Shown here in pieces: positions 49,431 to 59,475 of a stretch of DNA of 64,000 bases. The translations under genes were made by a program, and so were the position numbers. The notes beneath the pieces were generated by a model. The model was not told where the DNA came from. It made no database searches and saw nothing but the letters and a program-made list of their open reading frames with translations. Within the stretch, counting starts at the first letter, position 1. Each line of letters starts with the position of its first letter. Origin of the DNA: an uncultured Chloroflexia bacterium (GTDB lineage Bacteria > Chloroflexota > Limnocylindria > Limnocylindrales > CSP1-4); contig CAVYBU010000008.1 in NCBI GenBank assembly GCA_963766735.1, positions 32,001-96,000 of the forward strand, written 5' to 3'.

Positions 49431-50288
49431 ATGGACATCACGGTTCGAGAGGCGGTGGACGCCGACTGGGTGGAGGCGGGCCGGATCTGCTACGAGGCGT
49501 TCGCGACGCTCGCGGATCGCCACGGCTTCCCGCACGACTTCCCGACGGTCGAGGCCGCGTCCGGGCCGATCAGGTGGCTCATCAACCACCCGCAGGTGTA
49601 CGGCGTCGTCGCCGAGGGAGACGGCCGCGTCCTGGGCAGCAGCTTCCTGGACGAGCGCTCGACCATCTTCGCGATCGGGCCGGTCAGCGTCGATCCGACC
49701 GCCCAGAACCACAACGTCGGGCGCGCGCTGATGGCCGCGATGCTGGAGCGGGCGGCCGAGCGTCGTGCTCCAGGCGTCCGCCTGGTGCAGATCTCGTATC
49801 ACAATCGGTCGCTGAGCCTGTACGCGAAGCTTGGCTTCGACGTCCGCGAGGCGTTCGCCGCGATGCACGGGCCAGCTTTGGGAATCACCTTCCCGGGCTA
49901 CGACGTTCGCCCGGCAACCATTGACGACGAGGCCGCCTGCAACGCCCTGTGCGTCCGCGTCCACGGCCATGACCGCCACGGCGAGGTCCGCGAGGCGATC
50001 GAGGCGGGCGACGCCCGCGTGGTGGTGCGCCTCGGGCGGATCACGGGCTACACGGCCGGCATCCAGTACTTCGCCCACTCCGTGGCGGAGACGAACGACG
50101 ACCTCAAGGCCCTGATCGGCGCCGCGAGCGACTTCGGGACGCCGGGCTTCCTCGTCCCCCTGCGCAACACCGAGCTGTTTCGCTGGTGCCTGGCCCACGG
50201 GCTGCGCGTCTTCTTCGTCACCAACATGATGACGATGGGGATCTACCAGGATCCTGCCGGCGCCTGGATGCCGTCCGTGGGGTATTGA
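49431..50288 (+). CDS. GNAT acetyltransferase
   Basis: GPVSVDP..Q...[16 protein letters not shown]. Confidence 0.85.
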   Translation: MDITVREAVDADWVEAGRICYEAFATLADRHGFPHDFPTVEAASGPIRWLINHPQVYGVVAEGDGRVLGSSFLDERSTIFAIGPVSVDPTAQNHNVGRALMAAMLERAAERRAPGVRLVQISYHNRSLSLYAKLGFDVREAFAAMHGPALGITFPGYDVRPATIDDEAACNALCVRVHGHDRHGEVREAIEAGDARVVVRLGRITGYTAGIQYFAHSVAETNDDLKALIGAASDFGTPGFLVPLRNTELFRWCLAHGLRVFFVTNMMTMGIYQDPAGAWMPSVGY

Positions 50289-50409
50289 CGGCGCCGGCGA
50301 CGACGTCCGGGACCGGCGCTGTCCCTACAATCTCGGCCGGGTGATGTTCGATCATCCGGATCCGCTTGAGACCGAGGGACCAACGCCGCAGACGAGGGAG
50401 TCGACGCCC

Positions 50410-51606
50410 ATGAATGCCCACGCGATCACGATGCTCGGCACAGGCCTGATTGGCGACTTCTACACGATGACGCTGCACGGGCAGCGCGGCCGTGACCGGG
50501 TCCGGGTCGTGTACTCGCGCAGCGTGGCGCGCGGGCAGGCGTTCAGCGAGCGCTGGAGCATCCCGGAATCCACGACCGACATGGAGGCGGCGATCCGCCA
50601 TCCGGAGACGGACGTCGTCGTGGTCGCGCTTCCGAACCACCTCCACGAGGAGGCGGTCAAGGCAGTCGCGGCGGCCGGCAAGGCGGTGCTCGTCACCAAG
50701 CCGCTCGGCCGGAACGCCGCCGAGGCGAAGCGGATGCTGGAGGCCGTCGAGGCCGCGGGCGTCTTCGGCGGCTACCTCGAGGATCTCTGCTACACGCCCA
50801 AGACCCTGAAGGCAATCAGGTCTGTCGAGGAGGGCGCCCTGGGCGACGTGACCTGGGTCCGCTCGCGCGAGACGCACCCGGGCCCGCACAGCGCCTGGTT
50901 CTGGGACGGCCGGCTGACCGGCGGCGGCGCGATCATCGACCTCGGCTGCCACTGCATCGAGATCATCCGCAACTTCGTCGGCAAGGGGAACCGGCCGGTC
51001 TCGGTGATGTGCACCACCGACACCCTGGTCCACCCGATCGATGACGAGGACAACGCGATCGCCCTGATCAAGTTCGAGTCCGGAGCGATCGGGCAGTTCG
51101 AGGTCAGCTGGACGTTCCGTGGCGGCATGGACCTGCGGGACGAGGTGGCCGGCACCCACGGCACCATCTGGCTCAACCACTTCCTGCGGACCGGGTACGA
51201 GATGTTCACCGCGGGGGGGAGCGGCGGCTACGTGGCCGAGAAGGCCGAGACGGCGGCCGGCTGGCTCTTCCCGGTGGGCGACGAGGTCTCCGAGCTGGGC
51301 TACGTGGACATGTTCACGGACATGTTCGACGCGATCGACAACGGCCGGGCGCCCCGCGAGACACTGTACGACGGGTACGTCGTCAACTCCGTCATGGACG
51401 CCGCGTACCGCTCCGCACAGAGCGGCGCCTGGGAGCCGGTGGACCTCGAATGGCGTGGCGGCACCACGCCACGCATCGGCGCCAAGCCGGAGATGCTGGG
51501 CGACGACGTCGTGATCAAGCGGGAGATCCTGCCCGATGGTCGCCAGAAGCTGATCCTCAAGGAGGCCGCGACCGGCGACTACGTCGACCGGGTCATCGCC
51601 GGCTAG
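50410..51606 (+). CDS. Gfo/Idh/MocA oxidoreductase
   Basis: [27 protein letters not shown]. Confidence 0.92.
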   Translation: MNAHAITMLGTGLIGDFYTMTLHGQRGRDRVRVVYSRSVARGQAFSERWSIPESTTDMEAAIRHPETDVVVVALPNHLHEEAVKAVAAAGKAVLVTKPLGRNAAEAKRMLEAVEAAGVFGGYLEDLCYTPKTLKAIRSVEEGALGDVTWVRSRETHPGPHSAWFWDGRLTGGGAIIDLGCHCIEIIRNFVGKGNRPVSVMCTTDTLVHPIDDEDNAIALIKFESGAIGQFEVSWTFRGGMDLRDEVAGTHGTIWLNHFLRTGYEMFTAGGSGGYVAEKAETAAGWLFPVGDEVSELGYVDMFTDMFDAIDNGRAPRETLYDGYVVNSVMDAAYRSAQSGAWEPVDLEWRGGTTPRIGAKPEMLGDDVVIKREILPDGRQKLILKEAATGDYVDRVIAG

Positions 51607-51608
51607 CG

Positions 51609-52331
51609 GTGGATCTCCGGGTCTCGCCCTCGGGAGCCTGGGCGGGCCAGGTCACCTCGGAGCTGGCCGCCCGCCTGGCCGAGCGGCCGTCGATGCGGCT
51701 CTGCCTGCCGACCGGGGACACGCCGTCCCCCGTGTTCGCCGCGCTCCTCGCCGCGGAGACGCGGGACGAGGTGTCCTTCGGCACCGCGACACTCGTCATG
51801 CTCGACGAGTGGGTCGGCCTGCCGCCCGGTGATCCTGCGCGGTGCGACGAGCGGCTGCGCGCGGAGCTGGTGGACCGGCTGCGGACGCCGCCGGCGGCCT
51901 TCGTCGCGATCGACGTGGACGGGCCGGACCCGGAGGCTGCAGCGGCCCGGCACGATGCCGTGTCGGTCGGTCTCGACCTCGCCGTGCTCGGCCTGGGCAT
52001 GAACGGTCACGTCGGGTTCAACGAGCCAGGCACCCGCCCCGACGAGCCGACGAGGCTCGTCCGCCTCGCCGTCTCCAGCCGAGAGGCGGCCGTGGGCCGA
52101 TACGGCGCGACACGCGTGCCGACTGCGGGGATCACGGTCGGCCTTGCACGACTGCTGGAAGCGGCGGAGTGCTGGCTGCTGGTCACGGGGGAGCGGAAGG
52201 CGGCAATCCTGCGGCGTGCTCTCGAGGAGCCGGAGGGGCCCGATTGCCCCGCCTCGTATCTCCGGCGCCACGCACGGCTGACGGTCTTCGCGGACGAGGC
52301 GGCGGCCGGTCTTCTGCGGAGGCGAGGCTGA
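51609..52331 (+). CDS. nagB: Glucosamine-6-phosphate deaminase/6-phosphogluconolactonase family
   Basis: LPTGDTP, LDEWVG, LGLGMNGHVGFNEPG, PAS.LR.H. Confidence 0.8.
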   Translation: MDLRVSPSGAWAGQVTSELAARLAERPSMRLCLPTGDTPSPVFAALLAAETRDEVSFGTATLVMLDEWVGLPPGDPARCDERLRAELVDRLRTPPAAFVAIDVDGPDPEAAAARHDAVSVGLDLAVLGLGMNGHVGFNEPGTRPDEPTRLVRLAVSSREAAVGRYGATRVPTAGITVGLARLLEAAECWLLVTGERKAAILRRALEEPEGPDCPASYLRRHARLTVFADEAAAGLLRRRG

Positions 52332-52550
52332 CGGCTGCACTCGCCGCATCTCCCAACTGGCGTACAGCGGTGCCGCACTCCGGACCGCCGGCTTGCGCTG
52401 CGCGATTCAGGAGCGACAATCTCGGCATGACCGGGACGAGGCGACAGGGCGTGCGGGCACGACGGGTCCCGTCCTACGCGGGCTGCGACGGTGAGGCATG
52501 CAGGCGACCGGGTTTCTGACCACCCGTTCCCAGAACGCCGGAGTCTCTCC

Positions 52551-53501
52551 ATGTCCTGGTCTCCCCTCGCGCGCAGGCACTCGCTCGCGCTGATCCTCGC
52601 CGCCGCCTGCTGGGGGATCGGCACGGCCGTCAGCAAGCAGGCTGTCGCCGAAATCCCACCGCTCACCCTGCTCCCGGTCCAGCTCGCCGCCAGCGTCGGC
52701 CTCCTCTCCTTGGTCGCCCGTCGCCGTGGCGAGCACCTCGTCCGCGGCCGAGACGGCCGGCGGCTTGCCCGTCTCGGCCTCCTCAACCCAGGACTGGCCT
52801 ACGCGCTGAGCCTGCTCGGCCTGGCCCAGATCAGCGCCAGTCTCTCGGTCTTGGTGTGGGCCCTCGAGCCCGTGCTCATCCTCGTCCTGGCCGTACTGCT
52901 GCTCCGAGAGCGGCCTGGACTCGCGGTCGTCGCGCTGTCCGCGGTCGCGGTCGGCGGACTCATGCTCGTGCTCTACGACCCAGCGGCATCGGGGGCGATC
53001 CAGGGGATCCTCCTGACGATGGCCGGCGTCGGGTGCTGCGCCATCTACACGGTTGCTACGCGCCGCTGGCTGCCGGGGGTGGATTCGACCCTCGGAGTCG
53101 TCGTCGCCCAGCAGGCGCACGCGCTCGGCTTCGCCGTCGGGCTCCTGGTCGTCGCTGCCATCGCAGGTGTCCCGGTCCTGCCGGTGGCGCTTACGCCGCT
53201 CGGCGTCGCAAGCACCGTCGTCTCGGGGCTCGTCTACTACGGCCTCGCCTATGCGTTCTACCTCTCGGGCCTGCGCTGGGTCCCGGCTTCGATCGCCGCC
53301 ATGTCCTTCTACCTGATCCCTGTGTTCGGGATCGCAGCCGCGAGCCTGTTCGGCGACCGGCTTTCGCCACTCCAGTGGGCAGGCTCGATCGTTGTCGTCG
53401 TCGCGGTGGGGTTCGTCACCGTGCGGAGCGCGGTCATGGAAGCACCGCGTGTGGTTCCCTCGATCCGCCCAACGGAGACGGACCGGCACACGGGCGAGTA
53501 G
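52551..53501 (+). CDS. EamA/DMT family transporter
   Basis: Two EamA repeats (CWG...SK; LLRE; L.PVFG...GD). Confidence 0.88.
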   Translation: MSWSPLARRHSLALILAAACWGIGTAVSKQAVAEIPPLTLLPVQLAASVGLLSLVARRRGEHLVRGRDGRRLARLGLLNPGLAYALSLLGLAQISASLSVLVWALEPVLILVLAVLLLRERPGLAVVALSAVAVGGLMLVLYDPAASGAIQGILLTMAGVGCCAIYTVATRRWLPGVDSTLGVVVAQQAHALGFAVGLLVVAAIAGVPVLPVALTPLGVASTVVSGLVYYGLAYAFYLSGLRWVPASIAAMSFYLIPVFGIAAASLFGDRLSPLQWAGSIVVVVAVGFVTVRSAVMEAPRVVPSIRPTETDRHTGE

Positions 53502-53571
53502 CCAATATGGTGACCAGAAGCGTTGCAGCACTCACCCCGGCGCGGCTGCGGGAACGATTCGGCCGCCCGCG

Positions 53572-54918
53572 CTACCCGGCGTCCGCGAGGACCACCTCGG
53601 GCATGCCGGCGGGCTCGCCGGCCTCCACCCAGAGTGCCAGCGACTCCCGGCTGAACAGCTGATCAACGACCATCGCGGATCCGCCGATGACACCGGCCAG
53701 GCTCCCAAGCGAGGAGCGCTGGACCAGGAGATCACGGGTCGCAAGCGGCAGCCCGCGGCTGTAGACCACCTCCCGGATCGACGCGAGGAGGACGTCGCCG
53801 CTCTGCGCCACGCCCCCGCCGATGACGACCAGCGACGGGTTGAAGAAGTTCACGACGCTCGCGAGCATCAACCCCACCCTGCGTCCGGCGGCCTGCAGCA
53901 GGTCCACCGCGACGGCGTCGCCGAACGAGGCCGCCAGCGCGACGTCCTCGGCGGTCACCACACCGTGCGCATCCAGGATCGCCAGCAGCCGGGGGCTGCG
54001 GCCGTCGCGCGCCGCCGCCTCCCCGTCCCGCCCGATGGCCTCACCCCCAGCCAGTGCCTCGAGGCAACCCTCATTGCCGCAGCGGCACACCACCGAACGG
54101 TCGTCCGAGACGTGGATGTGACCGACATCCCCGGCCGAGCCCTGGGCGCCACGATGGAGACGCCCGTCGGAGATGACCCCGGCTCCGATGCCCGTCCCGA
54201 TCTTGACCACGATCACGTTCCTGTGACCGGCCGCCACGCCCGCCCGCAACTCGCCGAGGGCCATGGCGTTGACGTCGTTGTCCACCCAGACGGGCGCCCC
54301 GTATCGGGCCGCGAGCCGCTCGCGAACCGGGTAGTTGTCCCAGCCGGGCATGATCGAGGGGAAGATGGGCCGGCCCGTGCGGAACTCCACGGGCCCCGGG
54401 ACGCCCACGCCGATGCCCCACAGGCGCCCTGGCAGCCTCCTCCGGGCGGCGCTCAGATCATCGAACAGCTCCTCCACACGTGCGAGCGCGACCTCCGGAC
54501 CCGCTGCGATGCTGGCCGGCTCGTCCACGTGTGCGAGGATCCTGCCGTCCAGCGTGGTGGCGGCCACGTCAATGCTCGTCGCACCCAGGTCAGCCACCAG
54601 CACATGGCCGGCGTCGCCGCGGAACGTGAGCTGGCGCGGCGGCCGCCCGCCGGTGCTCGGTCCGCGCTCCCCCTCGAGCACCAGGCCACGCTCGAGGAGC
54701 TCGCCGACGCGTTGGGCGACGACGCCCCGCGATAGCCCGGTGCGACCGACGAGATCGCCGCGTGACCGGGCGCGCCCCAGCCGGACTGCATCCAGGACGG
54801 TGACGAGGGCGTCCAGCGTCTCCTCCGGGAGCGGGCCAGGATCTCCGGCAGGCAGCGACCCGAGCGAATCGGCCTGGGGCCGGCCGGGGTTGGGTCGGGG
54901 AGTCGAATGGTCGCCCAC
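53572..54918 (-). CDS. ROK-family transcriptional repressor
   Basis: N-terminal HTH, STGGRP, DLGAT, DNDVN, GTGIGAG, GDVGH, CRCG..GCLE. Confidence 0.93.
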   Translation of the reverse strand: MGDHSTPRPNPGRPQADSLGSLPAGDPGPLPEETLDALVTVLDAVRLGRARSRGDLVGRTGLSRGVVAQRVGELLERGLVLEGERGPSTGGRPPRQLTFRGDAGHVLVADLGATSIDVAATTLDGRILAHVDEPASIAAGPEVALARVEELFDDLSAARRRLPGRLWGIGVGVPGPVEFRTGRPIFPSIMPGWDNYPVRERLAARYGAPVWVDNDVNAMALGELRAGVAAGHRNVIVVKIGTGIGAGVISDGRLHRGAQGSAGDVGHIHVSDDRSVVCRCGNEGCLEALAGGEAIGRDGEAAARDGRSPRLLAILDAHGVVTAEDVALAASFGDAVAVDLLQAAGRRVGLMLASVVNFFNPSLVVIGGGVAQSGDVLLASIREVVYSRGLPLATRDLLVQRSSLGSLAGVIGGSAMVVDQLFSRESLALWVEAGEPAGMPEVVLADAG

Positions 54919-54958
54919 GGCGCAGATCCTACACGCGGGCGGACGCGTCCGGGATTCG

Positions 54959-54981
54959 CTTTTGCACTTGACGGGCAGAAG
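54959..54981. promoter_or_regulatory. Putative ROK operator CTTTTGC-N9-GCAGAAG over the + strand promoter
   Basis: Imperfect palindrome between the ROK gene and the divergent operon; overlaps TTGCAC-N17-CATGAT. Confidence 0.6.
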
Positions 54982-55076
54982 TAGCATGATGGGCGGACGA
55001 ACGCGGAGGGCCCCGGGAACGGGGAGGAGGCGGCGGCCCGGCGGTCATCCGCAGCTCTCGCCTTCCTCGACCCTCT

Positions 55077-55092
55077 AGTTGTATAGACTGGT
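55077..55092. promoter_or_regulatory. dre-like (DasR/NagR GntR) site AGTTGTATAGACTGGT
   Basis: Core GTATAGAC resembles known dre boxes; could instead be only a TAGACT -10. Confidence 0.45.
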
Positions 55093-55133
55093 TGCCGCCG
55101 GGTACCGGAGGCGCAGGAGGTCAGCCACCCGCC

Positions 55134-56294
55134 ATGTCGCGTCGCAGCGAGGTCGCCACCGCCGTCATCGGGAGCGGCTTCATCGGCACCGTTCACATCG
55201 AGGCGCTCCGCCGCATTGGCGTCCGGGTCGCCGGCCTGCTGGAATCGTCGCCGGAGCTGGGTGCCACCCGCGCCGCGGAGTTGGGCCTGCCGCGCGCCTA
55301 CGGGAGCCTGGATGAGCTTCTCGCTGACGATGCGGTCCGGGTCGTGCACGTCACGTCGCCCAACGAGCTGCACCACCCGCAGGTCAAGGCGATCCTGGCG
55401 GCCGGGAAGCACGTCATCTGCGAGAAGCCTCTGGCGATGACGTCAGCCGAGTCCGCGGAGCTGGTGCGGCTTGCCGGGGCGAGCGGCCTCGTCAACGCCG
55501 TCAACTTCAACATCCGCTTCTACCCGCTCAACCAGCACGTCGCGTCGCTGGTGGCCGACGGCGGCGTTGGCGACGTTCGTTTCGTCACCGGGCGCTACTT
55601 CCAGGACTGGCTCCTCTACGACACGGACTGGAACTGGCGCCTGGAGAAGGACCAGGGCGGAGTCCTGCGTGCCGTCGGCGACATCGGCTCGCACTGGCTG
55701 GACCTGACGAGCTTCCTCACGGGCCTCCGGGTCGAGGCCGTCATGGCCGACCTCACGACGTTCATCCCGGTCCGCCAGAAGCCCGCGGGCCCGGTGCTCA
55801 CGTATTCCACGGAGCGGGCCGCGGAGACGGTCCCCGTCGAGATCCACACGGAGGACGTGGCGACGATCCTCCTGCGCTTCGAGGGCGGCGCCCGCGGCAG
55901 CGTCGCGATCTCGCAGCTCAGCCCGGGGCGCAAGAACAGCCTCGCCTACCAGATCGACGGCGCCTCCTCCGCCGTTGCCTGGGATTCGGAGCAGCCGGAC
56001 TCGCTGTGGATTGGTCACCGCGACCGTCCCAACGAGCTGCTGCTCCGGAACCCGGCGTTGATGAACGGCGCGGGCGCAGCGGCGGCCCGGCTGCCGGGCG
56101 GCCACGTGGAGGGCTTCGCCGACACGTTCGGCGCCGTGTTCAGCGCGGTCTACGACGACGTGATCGCCGGACGGCCATCGTCCGCACCGCGCTACGCGAC
56201 GTTCGCCGACGGCCACGAGGAGATGCTCGTGGGGGACGCGGTTCTCGAGAGCTCGAGCAGCGGCCGCTGGGTTGCGATCGCCAGGACCGCATGA
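55134..56294 (+). CDS. Gfo/Idh/MocA oxidoreductase
   Basis: GSGFIG..H, CEKPL, YFQDW, DIGSH. Confidence 0.92.
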   Translation: MSRRSEVATAVIGSGFIGTVHIEALRRIGVRVAGLLESSPELGATRAAELGLPRAYGSLDELLADDAVRVVHVTSPNELHHPQVKAILAAGKHVICEKPLAMTSAESAELVRLAGASGLVNAVNFNIRFYPLNQHVASLVADGGVGDVRFVTGRYFQDWLLYDTDWNWRLEKDQGGVLRAVGDIGSHWLDLTSFLTGLRVEAVMADLTTFIPVRQKPAGPVLTYSTERAAETVPVEIHTEDVATILLRFEGGARGSVAISQLSPGRKNSLAYQIDGASSAVAWDSEQPDSLWIGHRDRPNELLLRNPALMNGAGAAAARLPGGHVEGFADTFGAVFSAVYDDVIAGRPSSAPRYATFADGHEEMLVGDAVLESSSSGRWVAIARTA

Positions 56295-56337
56295 GAGACG
56301 CAACCCGCACCCAGTCACGCCTGGAGGTTCAGCAGCG

Positions 56338-57252
56338 ATGAAGCTCGGCTTCCTCACCGCCCCCTTCCCCGAGACGCCGCTGATGGAGGTTGCCGACTGG
56401 GCCGCCGCCAGCGGCTTCGAGGTTCTCGAGGTCGCCTGCTGGCCCCGGTCCTCGGGCCCCACCCGCCGGTATGCGGGCACCAGCCACATCGACGTCGCGA
56501 ACCTGTCCGCCTCGCAGGCGACCGAGATCCGCGACGAGGTCGCGTCCAAGGGCCTCGACATCTCCGGGCTCGGCTTCTACCCCAACCCGCTCCACCCGGA
56601 CCCGGCCCATCGCGAGCAGGTCATCGGCCACCTGAAGCACGTCATCACGGCGGCCGAGAAGATGGACATCCCGCTCGTGAACACGTTCATGGGCGGCGAC
56701 GGGGCGAAGAACCAGGACCAGAACTGGGAAGCCGCCCTCGAGGTCTGGCCGGACATCGTGAAGTTCGCCCAGGACCACGGCCGGAAGATCACGCTCGAGA
56801 ACTGCCCGATGCTGTTCTCGTATGACGAGTGGCCGGGCGGTCACAACATCGCCACCACGCCCCGCATGTGGCGCCGGATCCTGGAGCAGTGGGGCGGCAC
56901 GATCGGGCTCAACTTCGATCCGAGCCATCTCATCCTGCAGATGATCGACATGCGCCGATTCCTCAAGGAGTTCGGGCCGCACGTCCTCCACTTCCAGGCC
57001 AAGGACCTGATGATCGACGTCGACGGGCTCTACGAGCGCGGCGTGTTCTCGATGGGCATCGGCTGGCAGATCCCGCGGATCCCCGGCCTCGGCGAGGTGG
57101 ACTGGAGCGTCGTGTTCAGCGAGCTCTATCGCCAGGGCTTCGAAGGCGACTGCATCATCGAGCACGAAGACCGGCGGTTCGAGGGCTCGGACGAGAAGGT
57201 CAAGCAGGGCTTCCTCATCGCTCGCGACATCCTCCGCCCGTACTGCCGCTGA
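56338..57252 (+). CDS. Sugar phosphate isomerase/epimerase (xylose isomerase-like TIM barrel)
   Basis: LEN, NFDPSH, AKD, PGLG.VDW, IEHED metal ligands. Confidence 0.9.
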   Translation: MKLGFLTAPFPETPLMEVADWAAASGFEVLEVACWPRSSGPTRRYAGTSHIDVANLSASQATEIRDEVASKGLDISGLGFYPNPLHPDPAHREQVIGHLKHVITAAEKMDIPLVNTFMGGDGAKNQDQNWEAALEVWPDIVKFAQDHGRKITLENCPMLFSYDEWPGGHNIATTPRMWRRILEQWGGTIGLNFDPSHLILQMIDMRRFLKEFGPHVLHFQAKDLMIDVDGLYERGVFSMGIGWQIPRIPGLGEVDWSVVFSELYRQGFEGDCIIEHEDRRFEGSDEKVKQGFLIARDILRPYCR

Positions 57253-57272
57253 TAACCCGGACCAGGAGCTCC

Positions 57273-58016
57273 ATGACCCTCTCCATCGACAACCTCACCG
57301 AGCGCGACATCGCGAAGACCATCGACCACAGCCTGCTCCGGCCGGAGCTGGACGACGCGTTCGTCGCCGATGGCTGCCGGCTGGCGGCGAAGTACGACGT
57401 CGCCTCGGTCTGCGTCCGGCCCGCGGACGTCTGCCGGGCGAAGGCGATCCTCGACGGCACCGATGTCGCCGTCGGGACCACGATCGGCTTCCCGCACGGC
57501 AACCACACGACCGAAATCAAGGTCGCGGAGGCGAGGCGCGCTCTCGACGACGGCGCCACCGAGCTGGACATGGTCCTCCAGATCGGAGCGCTCAAGTCCG
57601 GGCGGGACGCCGAGGTGGAGGCCGACATCCGGGCCGTCGTGGAGGTCGCCCACGCTGCCGGGGCGATCGTCAAGGTGATCTTCGAGAACGCCTACCTGAC
57701 CGACGATGAGAAGGTCCGCGCCTGCCGCCTGACGGAGGCCGCCGGCGGCGACTTCGTCAAGACCAGCACAGGCTTCGCACCCTCCGGGGCCACGCACGAC
57801 GACCTCCGCCTGATGCGAGCGAACACCTCGCCGCACGTCCAGGTGAAGGCGGCGGGCGGCGTCCGGACCCTGGACGCGCTCCTTGATGTGATGGAGCTGG
57901 GCGTGACCCGCATCGGGGCCACGGCCACCGAGGCCATGATCCTGGACTTCCGGGCACGCAAGGCCGGTTCCGCCACGCCGGCCGGAGCCGCGACCGGAGA
58001 GAGGGGCGGCTACTGA
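57273..58016 (+). CDS. deoC: Deoxyribose-phosphate aldolase family
   Basis: IDHSLL.P, IGFPHG, ELDMV, KVIFE, FVKTSTGF, KAAGGVR, RIG. Confidence 0.92.
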   Translation: MTLSIDNLTERDIAKTIDHSLLRPELDDAFVADGCRLAAKYDVASVCVRPADVCRAKAILDGTDVAVGTTIGFPHGNHTTEIKVAEARRALDDGATELDMVLQIGALKSGRDAEVEADIRAVVEVAHAAGAIVKVIFENAYLTDDEKVRACRLTEAAGGDFVKTSTGFAPSGATHDDLRLMRANTSPHVQVKAAGGVRTLDALLDVMELGVTRIGATATEAMILDFRARKAGSATPAGAATGERGGY

Positions 58017-59107
58017 TGCAGGCTGTTGGCGTCGGGATGCTCGGGTCAGGGTTCATCGGCGAGTTCCATGCGCTCGGCCTCCGCTACATCGAGGGCGCGC
58101 GGGTCGTGGTCAACTGCGACGCCAACCCCGACCGGCGGGAGGCGTTCGCCGCGCGGTTCGGGAGCCGGCCCTGCGCGTCGATCGAGGAGATGTGCGGGGA
58201 TCCGGACGTCGACCTGGTGATCGTGTCGCTTCCGAACCACCTGCATCGCGAGGCGGTGCTCGCCGCGGCCTCGGCCGGCAAGGCCGTCGCCTGCACGAAG
58301 CCGCTGGGCCGGAACGCGGACGAGGCGGCGGACATGCTCCGCGCCGTGACGGATGCTGGCGTCTTCAACGCCTACCTCGAGAACGTGATCTTCAACCCGG
58401 ACCTGCTTCGGATGCGGGACATGGTGGTGGCGGGCTCCATCGGCCGGCTCACGACCGTCCGCGCCCGCGAGGGCCACTCCGGTCCGCATGCCCAGCACTT
58501 CTGGGACGCGGAGCTCGCCGGTGGCGGCGCGCTGCTGGACATGGCGTCCCACGGCGCCGAGTACGCGCGCTTCCTGTTCGGCAAGGACCTGGCGGTGACC
58601 GAGGTGTTCGCGTGGGGCGCCACCCTGGTCCACGGCGACCGGACCACCGGCGAGGACAACGCGATGATGGTGATGCGCTTTGCTGACGGGCGGGCGGCCA
58701 CCATCGACGTGTCGTGGTCGTCACGGGGCGGTCTCGAGGGCCGCTTCGAGGCGTACGGCGACGCCGGCCGGCTGATCACCGACATCAGCGTGGGTTCCCT
58801 GAAGGCCTTCGTGGAGCGGCCAGCGGGCTATCTCGTCGAGAAGGCCGACGCCGAGACGGGCTGGGTCTTCCCGGTCCCGGACGAGGTGCGCGTTCACGGC
58901 CACGACCTCATGATGGCGGACGTGATCGATGCCTTCCGCACCGGCCGCGCGCCGCGCGAGACGTTCCGCGACGGCTACGTCGTGAACGGGATCCTGGACG
59001 CCGCCTACCGCTCGATGCGGAGCGGCCGGTGGGAGCCCGTGACCACGGACGACGCCCTGCTGGCGACCACCGCGACCGCCCCGCCAGCCTCCGGGGCAAC
59101 CGCGTGA
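58016..59107 (+). CDS. Gfo/Idh/MocA oxidoreductase (paralog of 50410)
   Basis: [24 protein letters not shown]...FWD, GGGALLD..SH. Confidence 0.92.
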   Translation: MQAVGVGMLGSGFIGEFHALGLRYIEGARVVVNCDANPDRREAFAARFGSRPCASIEEMCGDPDVDLVIVSLPNHLHREAVLAAASAGKAVACTKPLGRNADEAADMLRAVTDAGVFNAYLENVIFNPDLLRMRDMVVAGSIGRLTTVRAREGHSGPHAQHFWDAELAGGGALLDMASHGAEYARFLFGKDLAVTEVFAWGATLVHGDRTTGEDNAMMVMRFADGRAATIDVSWSSRGGLEGRFEAYGDAGRLITDISVGSLKAFVERPAGYLVEKADAETGWVFPVPDEVRVHGHDLMMADVIDAFRTGRAPRETFRDGYVVNGILDAAYRSMRSGRWEPVTTDDALLATTATAPPASGATA

Positions 59108-59382
59108 CGGCCGCTGCGGCCTGGCCGCACGGGGACGCATTGGTGACCATCGGCGGCCTGGACAGTCCGGTTGGACCGGGGTCCACCAGGGGCGCAGTCG
59201 CCATCGTCAACGCCATCAAGGTCCAGACCACCGAGCCCCTCGCGGGGCGCGGGGCGATGCCACCGGTCATCACGTGCGCAAACGCCGTGGGCGCCGGGCG
59301 GTCGAGGACCCTGTTCGATGAACCCAATCGAGAGCATGCGCGGCGGCTCGCCCGTGCGATCGGCCAGCAAGGAGGTGGGTGA
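59104..59382 (+). pseudogene. Internally deleted SIS_2/UPF0309-type sugar isomerase remnant
   Basis: GTG overlapping the upstream stop, short MTAAAAW start, then directly the typical C-terminal GDALV....GP.ST...NAIK...PPV segment; the SIS core is missing. Confidence 0.65.
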
Positions 59383-59475
59383 CGGACCAACCAGGTCGAT
59401 GCAGCGCATGATGTCCATGGCGGACCTTGCTCCACTGATGGAGCGCCCGGCCGCCGCAAGGAGGAGAACCAGTCT

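Noticed and set aside
52425-52490. Guanidine-II/III riboswitch-like words (GGACGAGG, CACGACGG) upstream of the EamA gene
   Set aside because: I could not build the required pseudoknot or twin ACGR-loop hairpins; the complement of ACGGG lies downstream as a simple hairpin. A cmsearch would settle it
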